Translations under genes and position numbers: made by a program | DNA from: Calditrichales bacterium | GTDB lineage: Bacteria > Calditrichota > Calditrichia > Calditrichales > J004 | Length of the DNA stretch: 64,000 nt | Assembly (NCBI GenBank): GCA_965267575.1 | Contig: OZ254086.1 | Coordinates: 4,128,001 to 4,192,000, forward strand | Direction of reading: 5' to 3' | Part shown: positions 9,198 through 18,500 of the stretch, one piece after another | Layout of the letters: every line of letters begins with the position of its first letter | Numbering within the stretch: position 1 is the first letter of the stretch | The notes under the pieces: generated by a model | The model's input: only the letters and a program-made list of their open reading frames with translations | What the model was told of the DNA's origin: nothing | Database searches by the model: none

Positions 9198-12100
9198 ATG
9201 AATAACATCGCTCATCAAATTATGAATCTCCCGCCCGAAAAGCGGGAGCTTTTTGAATTAATGCTGATGGAAAAGGGTGTCGAACCGTCGCAGATACCTA
9301 TCCTGGCCCGCGCTGATAAAAGCGCCGATATCCCGCTTTCCTATTCACAGCAACGCCTGTGGTTTCTGGACCGCCTGGAGCCCGACAATCCGCTATACAA
9401 CATTTCCATACCGGTGCACATTAAAGGCCGGCTCAATGTTGTGGCAATGGAAAGATCGCTGCAATGGATCATGGACAGACATAAGGTGCTGAAAACGCGC
9501 TTTGCCGAAAAAGAGGGTCAACCCGTGCAGATCATCGACGACAAAATGACGCTGCAGCTGGAAACGAAAGATATCTCCGGTATGGATGACGCGCTCATTC
9601 AGGATATGATCAATGAAGAGGCGCGGCGGACATTCAACCTGGGCAAAGGTCCCCTGTTACGCGCCACCCTGCTGAAAAAAGCAGCGGATGAAAATATCGC
9701 CATTCTTACCATGCACCACATCGTATCGGACAACTGGTCAACCGGCCTGCTGATCCGTGAGTTTATGCGCGCCTATCCCGCCTATGCCGCAGGCAAACAG
9801 CCACAAGCGGATCCTTTGCCTGTCCAGTATGCCGATTTCGCCGCCTGGCAGAGAAAATGGATCGCGGGCAAAACCCTGGACAAGCAGCTGACCTACTGGC
9901 AGGCGCAACTGGCCGATGGCGAAGGTCTTCTGGAAATGCCCTGGGACCATCCGCGGCCCTCTTTCCAAACCTACAATGGCAGCGCCCTCACCTTTACACT
10001 GGAAAAAGATAAAGTCGACGCATTAAAAACCCTGGCGGATAAACATGACGCGACGCTGTTTATGGTGCTGGCAGCCCTGTACAATGTGTTCCTGCACAAA
10101 TATTCAGCGGCTGACCGCATCGCCATCGGCACACCGATCGCCAACCGCAATCGCCGCGAAACCGAAGAATTAATCGGCTTTTTTATAAACACGCTGGTGC
10201 TGCATACGGACCTTGCCGGCGATCCTTCCTTTGCTGAACTCATGAAACGCACAAAGGAAGTGACCATCGGCGCTTACGACCACCAGGATGTGCCGTTCGA
10301 GAATGTTGTTGAAAAAATCGACCCGCCGCGGGACACCAGCTACACGGCACTTTTCCAGAATATGCTGGTACTCAACAACGCGCCGATTGACAAGCTGACG
10401 CTGGAAGGGCTTGAACTGCAGGTATTGGAGCCGGACAATCATACATCAAAATTTGACCTGATTTTTAACTTCACCGAAGAGGACGGCCGGCTTAAAGCAA
10501 AGATTGAATACAACACCGACCTTTATCACAGCGACACCATTGAAAAAATGCGTCTTCATTTTGAGATGATCAGCGACCAGGTGCTGGCAAACGACGGCAT
10601 CACCCTGTCCAAGATCAGCCTGCTGAGTGAGAATGAAAAGAAACGCTTGTTAAGCGAATGGGCCGTCAGCGCGCGCACGGTGAATTCCGAAAAACTGTTG
10701 CCGCACATTATCCTTGAAACCGCCGGCAGAAACGCCGGGCGCAAAGCGATCAAAACCGTTCACTCAGCGCTCAGTTATGGAGAGCTGCAAAAACAGCTTC
10801 AGAGTGTCGCATCCTTTTTGAGCGATTGTGGCATACAGCGCGGCCAGGTTGTTGCCGTGCTGGCGGGCAGAACACCACAGCTCGTAAGCGCCATGCTTGG
10901 CATTATGCAATATGGCGCCACTTACCTGCCGCTGGATCCGACCTATCCCGATGAGCGCCTGCGCTTTATGCTGGAGGACAGCAATGCCGCGCTGGTTCTG
11001 GGCGATGAGCGCTATTCCGATAAAGCACAGACCCTTTCGAAAGTGCCTTTTACGGCCTTTAATGAGATTTCTGAAAAAGCCTTTAGGGGCGAGCCACTGA
11101 CGGGCGAACTGCCCGCTTACATGATCTACACCTCAGGAACTTCAGGCCAGCCCAAGGGCGTAATCGTCAGCCACAAAACGATTACCGACCATGTGCTGGA
11201 CATGGCCGGGCATTTCGGGATCAATGAAAACGATACCGTTTTACAATTCGCGGCGCTCAACTTTGACGCTTCACTGGAGCAGATATTGCCGGGACTTTGT
11301 GTGGGAGCCACCGTTTTCTTGCGCGATGAAGAGGTATGGCCTGTGGACAGCTTCCTGGACAAAATAGAGCAGCACGGCCTGACCGTAGTCAATCCGCCAA
11401 CGGCATACTGGCAACAATGGGTGCAGCACCTTAAGCAGAGCGAAAACCTGAACACGCCGCAGCATTTGCGTCTTGTTATCGCCGGGGGAGACGTAATGAA
11501 AAAAGATGTATTGTCCGCCTGGCACGACTCGCCATTATCTTCTGTGCGCCTGCTTAATGCCTACGGACCCACGGAAGCCTGTATCACGGCTACTACATAT
11601 GAGGCCGGTGCCGACAACGATTTAAGCGGTTCACGCGTGCCCATCGGCAGGCCCTGCGCCAACCGCAATGTTTACGTGCTGGATCGCTACGGCAAACCTG
11701 TACCGGCGGGCTTTCCAGGCGAATTGTGTATTGGCGGTGAAATTCTGGCCACGGGCTACCACAACCGGCCGGCACTTACGGCACAGCACTTCACGGTAGA
11801 TCCTTTCCTGCCGGCTGAAAAGGCGCGCATGTACAAAACCGGCGATCGCGTGCGTTTTAACGGCAAAGGCGACCTGGAATTTCTGGGCCGTGTTGATGAA
11901 CAGGTCAAGATCCGCGGTTTTCGTATTGAGCCCGGCGAGGTCGAGCAGGTCTTGCGTGAGCATGACGCCATAAAAGATGCTTTGGTCCTGCCATCTGTAC
12001 ACGCCGGCGAAAAGGCCCTGTTTGCCTGGTATATTGCCCAAAGCGATGATCTGCAGGTAAATGAACTGCGTGGCTTTCTGAAAAAACGGCTGCCCGAGTA

Positions 12101-12560
12101 CATGATACCGGTTGCCTTTGTCAAGGTGGACAGTTTTCCGCAAACACCCGCAGGCAAAATCGACAAACGGGCACTGCCCTTCCCCGAGGATATGCGCACA
12201 CAGCTCAGCAGTGAATACGTCGCACCGCGCACCGACAGCGAGAAAAAACTCGCCGCTATTGTCGGCAGCTTGCTCAAACTGGAGAATGTCGGAATCCATG
12301 ACAACTTTTTTGAACTCGGCGGCCACTCGATGATGGGCACCCGGGTCATCTCTGAAATTAGCAGCGAGTTTAGCGTGGAGCTGCCTCTGCGTGTTTTGTT
12401 TGAGAAGCCGACGGTAGCCGGAATCGCTGACGCCATTATGGAAGCCCAGGCAATGCTTACCGACGAAGACGAACTCGATGAAATGCTCTCCAGCCTTGAG
12501 GGTCTGGATGAAGAAGAAATCAATAAGCTCCTGAATGATGATAAGGAACAGAACGGTTAA
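9198..12560 (+). CDS. Single-module NRPS C-A-PCP; A predicted Arg/basic residue
   Basis: PLSYSQQRLWF, HHIVSDN, YTSGTSGQPKG, NAYGPTE, LGGHSM. Manually read code DAENIGAIT(K), close to the Arg-type DAEDIGAIT. Confidence 0.95.
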   Translation: MNNIAHQIMNLPPEKRELFELMLMEKGVEPSQIPILARADKSADIPLSYSQQRLWFLDRLEPDNPLYNISIPVHIKGRLNVVAMERSLQWIMDRHKVLKTRFAEKEGQPVQIIDDKMTLQLETKDISGMDDALIQDMINEEARRTFNLGKGPLLRATLLKKAADENIAILTMHHIVSDNWSTGLLIREFMRAYPAYAAGKQPQADPLPVQYADFAAWQRKWIAGKTLDKQLTYWQAQLADGEGLLEMPWDHPRPSFQTYNGSALTFTLEKDKVDALKTLADKHDATLFMVLAALYNVFLHKYSAADRIAIGTPIANRNRRETEELIGFFINTLVLHTDLAGDPSFAELMKRTKEVTIGAYDHQDVPFENVVEKIDPPRDTSYTALFQNMLVLNNAPIDKLTLEGLELQVLEPDNHTSKFDLIFNFTEEDGRLKAKIEYNTDLYHSDTIEKMRLHFEMISDQVLANDGITLSKISLLSENEKKRLLSEWAVSARTVNSEKLLPHIILETAGRNAGRKAIKTVHSALSYGELQKQLQSVASFLSDCGIQRGQVVAVLAGRTPQLVSAMLGIMQYGATYLPLDPTYPDERLRFMLEDSNAALVLGDERYSDKAQTLSKVPFTAFNEISEKAFRGEPLTGELPAYMIYTSGTSGQPKGVIVSHKTITDHVLDMAGHFGINENDTVLQFAALNFDASLEQILPGLCVGATVFLRDEEVWPVDSFLDKIEQHGLTVVNPPTAYWQQWVQHLKQSENLNTPQHLRLVIAGGDVMKKDVLSAWHDSPLSSVRLLNAYGPTEACITATTYEAGADNDLSGSRVPIGRPCANRNVYVLDRYGKPVPAGFPGELCIGGEILATGYHNRPALTAQHFTVDPFLPAEKARMYKTGDRVRFNGKGDLEFLGRVDEQVKIRGFRIEPGEVEQVLREHDAIKDALVLPSVHAGEKALFAWYIAQSDDLQVNELRGFLKKRLPEYMIPVAFVKVDSFPQTPAGKIDKRALPFPEDMRTQLSSEYVAPRTDSEKKLAAIVGSLLKLENVGIHDNFFELGGHSMMGTRVISEISSEFSVELPLRVLFEKPTVAGIADAIMEAQAMLTDEDELDEMLSSLEGLDEEEINKLLNDDKEQNG

Positions 12561-12563
12561 TTC

Positions 12564-15500
12564 ATGTCTGATATAAGTAAAAAACTAGAAAAGCTGACAC
12601 CCGCGCAACGGGAGCTTTTGCTGAAAAAGCTGCAGCAGAAGAACAAGGACAGCGCTGTTCGCAAAATAGAGCCGCGGGAAGATAAAAGCGTCTACCCCAT
12701 GTCCGCGGGTCAGAACCGCTTGTGGTTCTTGCAGCAGATGGACGCCGGCAGCGGCTTTTACAATCTCCCGCTGGCCATTCGTATCATTGGAAAACCGGAT
12801 AAGCAGGCCTTTGAAAAAGCCATTAATGCCGTTGTGCAAAAGCATGACATCTTACGTGCATTTTATGTTACAAATAAGAGTGGTCAGCCTGTTCAGCAGG
12901 TAAAGAACGACGCGTATGTGGCGATGGAGACCAGCACTGTTTCCGCATCAGGCGCAGAAGAAATCGCCAAAGAAAAAGAAGAGATATTACGCAAACTGGC
13001 TTCTCAGCCTATCTCATTGGAAAAAGCGCCTCTGCTGCGCGCGCACCTGATTGAAATAAGGCCAGATGAACACATTTTTCTGCTGAACATGCACCATATC
13101 ATCAGCGACGGCTGGTCCGTGGGCGTCATGGTGCAGGAAATCATACTCAATTATAAGGCGACAGCGGGAAACGGGTCTTATGAAAACAGCTCGCCGCGTC
13201 TGCAATTTGCCGATTACGCCGACTGGCTGGACAAAAACGAAGACAAAACAAAGCTTGACAAGCAGCTGCAATTCTGGAAAGAGTACCTGGCTGAGATGCC
13301 TGTACTTCTGGAGCTGCCGACGGACAGACCGCGACCGGCAATACCTCATTTCCGAGGAAAGCACGTTGTTTTTGATATATCATCCGGAACCACAAAGCGA
13401 CTACGGGAAATAAGCCGCGAAAACAATATCTCTCTGTTCATGCTGATGCTTGCCGCCTTTCAGACCTTTTTGTATCGCATAAGCGGACAAAAGGATTTTG
13501 GCGTGGGTGCGCCCGTAGCCAATCGTAACCGGCCCGAATTGCAGGAAATGGTGGGCTTTCTGGTGAATACCGTCACCGTGCGTTCGCGTTTTGAAGCCCC
13601 CGTCAGCTTTTTGGAACTGGCACGTCGCGTAAAAAATGAGCTGCTTGAAGCCACAAGCAACCAGGATATCCCTTTTGAACGCATTGTTGAAGCGCTGGTG
13701 CCTGAGCGCGACCTGAGCCACTCACCGCTTTTCCAGGTGATGTTTGATCTTCAAAAGCCACCTTTTGAACATTTTAAGCTGGACGGCTTGTCGCTTCATC
13801 TGGAAGATCTGCCGATAGATGTGGCCAAATTTGACCTGATGCTGCTGGGCAGCGAGTTGGAAAATAACATCCGCTGCAACCTGGAATACAGCACCGATAT
13901 TTTTGACGATCAAACCGCACATAATTTTGCGCGCTACTTTGAACACATGCTGAATGAGCTGGCCGCTAATCCCTCGGCCGCCGTGCAAGAGTGCAGCCTT
14001 ATCGATGACCGGCAACAAGAGCATGTGCTGGAAAAACTGGCACGGACAGCAACGGACTATCCCGGAGGGACGCCGGTTCATAAGCTTTTTGAACAAATCG
14101 CCGCCACCAACCCCGACAAAACCGCGTTGCAGGAAAACGGAAAAACTCTTACTTACGGGCAGCTGAATGAATCAGCCAACCGCCTGGCCCATTACCTGCG
14201 CAAACGCGGCGCGGAACCGGAAAAAATGGTGGCGCTCTTTGCCGAGAAAAGCATTGAGACGGTCATCGCTATCCTGGGCATTCTGAAATCGGGCAGCGCT
14301 TATCTGCCGCTTGACACATCCTATCCTTCAGAGCGCATCGCGTTTATGCTGGACGATTGTGACACCGATCTGATCATCACTGTCAGTTCGCTAAAACAAA
14401 ATCTGCCTGAATCCGCCGGCAACATATTTTTGCTTGATGATGACTGGCCGCTGCTGGAAAAGGAATCCACAGACAATCCCGATGTTGCCGTTGCGGGCGA
14501 CAACGTGGCCTACGTGATGTACACGTCCGGTTCAACGGGAATCCCCAAGGGTGTAAGCGTACGCCATAAAAGTATTGTCCGATTGGTTAAAAACAGCAAT
14601 TACGCGCGCATGGATGAGCATCAGGTTTTTCTGCTGCTGGCCCCTGTCTCGTTCGACGCATCCACGCTGGAATTGTGGGGCAGCCTGCTGAACGGAGCCA
14701 AACTGGTTATTCTGCCGGTTGCCAAGCCATCATTCGCGCAAATCGCTGAAACAATCGAAAAAGGAAAAATTTCCATACTGTGGCTTACCGCCGGGCTTTT
14801 TCATTACATGGTGGAAGAATACCCGGATGCGCTGGCACAGGTAAAGCAGCTGCTGGCCGGAGGTGATGTGCTGTCTCCGGAGCACGTTAAAAAAATGCTG
14901 GCGCTGGGGGGCGATCAAACCCTGATAAACGGCTACGGGCCAACCGAAAATACCACTTTCACTTGCTGCCATCCGATGGAAAAAGACGCCGCAGTGAATC
15001 ACACGGTGCCTATCGGCAAGCCTATCGCCAACACGTCGGTTTTTATCCTTGACGAAAATTTCCGGGTGTGCCCCCAAGGCGTTCCGGGTGAACTTTTTAT
15101 CGGCGGAGACGGCCTGGCACGGGGTTATCTTAACCGTCCTTCGTTGACGGCCGAACGCTTTGTGCCCAATCCGCACGGCCCCCAAGGCTCGCGTATGTAC
15201 AGCACGGGCGATCTGGTAAAGCTTAATGCCAAGGGAGTGATAGAATTTCTGGGCCGGCTTGATACACAGGTAAAAATACGCGGCTTCCGCATTGAACCCG
15301 GGGAAATCGAAAGCACGCTCAAGCAGCATCCGTCAATCAGCGATGCTGTTGTAATTGTCCGCGAAGATAAACCGGGCGATAAGCAGCTTGTTGCCTACCT
15401 GATTGCCGACGGCGATAAAGAGCATTTTGAGCAGCTGGCAGCATGGCTTGCTGAAAAAATGCCCTCTTACATGGTGCCTTCGCACTTCAGCTACCTGGAA

Positions 15501-18500
15501 GCTTTTCCGTTGACGCCAAACGGCAAGCTGGACCGGCGCGCCTTACCTCAAGTCAACAAAGAAGAGATAAAAGGCAAAAAACGCTTTGTCTCGCCGCGCA
15601 ATGCTTTGGAGTCCTACCTGGCGGATATCTGGCGTGAGGTTCTCGACGTAAAAAAAATCAGCATGTATGATAATTTCTTTGACCTGGGCGGCAATTCACT
15701 TAAGGCAGCTGTATTAATCAACCGTTTGCAGGACAATGTAGACAAGCAACTGCATGTGGGCATGGTTTTCCAGGCGCCGCGTATTGCCGAGTTTTCCATG
15801 TACGCCCAGGAGTATTTCTCCGACGCTGTATTAAGAAAGCTGGGCCGGAAATTTTCAAATGATGAAAAAGACTTTTCTTACGCTAAAGAAATTTCCTCGG
15901 AAAAACGCATTTCAGACAAGGAGATCCGTGAATTCCGCCAAATTATAGAGCCGCTGAGCAAACGCTCTGTTCCGGTAAAGCGAAAGGATAAAAACAAGCC
16001 CGTTCTGTTTGTGCTTTCGCCTCCGCGCTCTGGCTCTACCCTGCTGCGCGTAATGCTGGCCGGCCATCCAGGGCTTTTTTCACCGCCGGAGCTGGATTTG
16101 CTTGGTTTTAATTCCATGCGTGAGCGGCACAATTTCTTTGTAAGCAAAAATCTGCCTCTTTGGTTGGAAGCAACGGTCCGTACAATTAAGGAAATCGAAG
16201 AGTGCACGACGGAAGAGGCGCAGCAGCGCGTACGCGAACTGGAAGAACGCGATATCAGCGTAAAAGACTTCTACCACCTGCTGCAGGAATCATTGGGTGA
16301 GCGTCTGCTGGTGGACAAAACGCCTTCCTATCCGCTGGATATGGCCACCCTGGAGCGGGCTGAAGAGGATTTTGAGAATCCAGTTTACATACATCTTGTA
16401 CGTCACCCCTACGCGATGATCTACTCGTTTATTGAAGCAAGGCTGGACAAAAACTTTTTTAAATACGCGCATAATTTTACCAGACAGCAACTGGCCGAAC
16501 TGATCTGGCTGGTGAGCAACGAAAATATTAACGCTTTCCTGGAGAATATCCCGCAGGAACGGAAATTACAACTGCGTTTTGAAGACCTTTTACAACAACC
16601 GGAAAAAGAGATTCGCCGCGTCACCAGGCTGCTCGATATCCCCTTTACCGAAGATATGCTCAAACCGTATCAGGGTCAGCGCATGACGGATGGTCTGAAA
16701 GACACATCGCAAATGGTTGGTGACTTTAAATTCTACCTGCACGATTCCATAAATACGCAGGTTGCCGAGCGCTGGCGCAGGTATCATAAAGAAGATTTTC
16801 TGTGCGAACACTCTTGCGAGATGGCCCGCTATTTCGGCTACCGAGCCGTTGATATGGGCAGTAAGCAGGAGGCCGCCGAAGCGCAAAAGATTGAACCGGT
16901 GGCCCGCCAGTCCTATATGCCGCTCTCCTTTGCCCAGCAGCGTCTTTGGTTTATCGATCAGCTGGAGCCGGGGAACACGCAGTACAACGTGCCCGGCGCG
17001 GTAAGGATCAGCGGGCCGGTCGATGCCGGGCTGCTTGAGAAAAGTATCAACCTGCTGATCGAAAAACATGAGATTTTACGCACCTCCTTTCATACGGTGG
17101 AAGGCGAAGCGCGGCAGCGCATCAGCAGCCATCCGGAGTTTAAGCAGGAACATTACGATTTCAGTGAGCTGACCACGGAGGCCGCAGAGAGAAAAGCACA
17201 AGATCTTGTGGCCACCATGTCACGCACCCATTTCCGGCTGGATACGCTACCGTTGTTCCGCATAGCCCTGATCCGGATAGATCGCAAAGACCATATTTTG
17301 GTGCTGGTAGCTCACCATATCATAACGGACGGCTGGTCCAATACGGTCTTTATTCGCCAGCTGACGCGCATTTACGAATCACTTAAGAAGGACGGCACAA
17401 GCCAGTTTGAAGCAGCACCCGTCCAGTACGCGGATGTGGCACAATGGCAACGGCGCTGGATTAAGAGTGATACAGCCGCCAACCAGTTATCATTCTGGAA
17501 AGAAGAACTGAAAGACGCCCCGCCGCTCCTGGAAATCCCCACGGACAGGCCGCGGCGCGCCGGTATAGCCAATGAAGGCCGGCGTTTCTATTTCGACGTT
17601 CCGCAGGAATTGACCGAAAAAATCCGTGCCTACTGCAGCCGTAACGGGGTAACGGCCTTCAGCGCTTTGATGAGCGCATTCCAGATCCTGATGCACCATT
17701 ACGCGCGGCAGGATGATGTTTTGATCGGGACGCCCGTGGCCGGACGCACCAAAAAAGAAATGGAAGGGTTGATCGGCCTTTTTGTAAATACGATCGTTGT
17801 ACGCACGCAGTTTGAAGAGCAGGACAGCTTCCGAAGCATTGTGGATCGTACCGCGGAAAAGATGAGCGCCTTGCTGGAAAACCAGGATTATCCGTTTGAA
17901 AAGATCCTTGATGCCCTTAACGTGGAGCGCAGTCTCGAACATAGTCCGCTTTTCCAGGTGATGTTCTCCATGCAAAGCGACGACATGCGTGAATTTGGCC
18001 AGACCTTTAAGGTACGCCCCTATCGCACGGACAGCGGCAGCGCCAAATTCGACCTGCTTCTTGAACTTTACGATGCCGATTCGTTCCGCGGCGCGCTGGA
18101 ATACAATACCACGCTGTTCAGGGAAGAATCAATCGAGAGATTATATCGCCATTTTCTGCGCCTGCTGGACATGGTAACGGCCGAGCCGGACAAACAGGTG
18201 AACGCGCTGCAACTGCCATCCGAAGAGGAGCAGCAACAGATTCTTACGGAATGGAATGATACGCAAACCGATTATCCGGCGGGCAAGCTCGTACCGAAGA
18301 TTATTTCAGAGCAGGCGGCAAAAGCAGCGCAGCACAACGCGCTTGTTTTTGAAGATAAACACCTGAGCTATGCGGAATTCGACAGAGCCGCGAACAGGCT
18401 GGCGCACTATCTGATCAGCAAGGGACTCAAAGCAGAGCAACGCGTGGCCGTTTGCATGGATCGTTCCATTGAGCTGGTTATTGCCCTGCACGGCATCATG

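Noticed and set aside
15996..16850. Terminal-alkene (ST-TE) chain release as in CurM/OLS
   Set aside because: No TE follows the ST. A normal C domain does, and the only type I TE is ~39 kb downstream.
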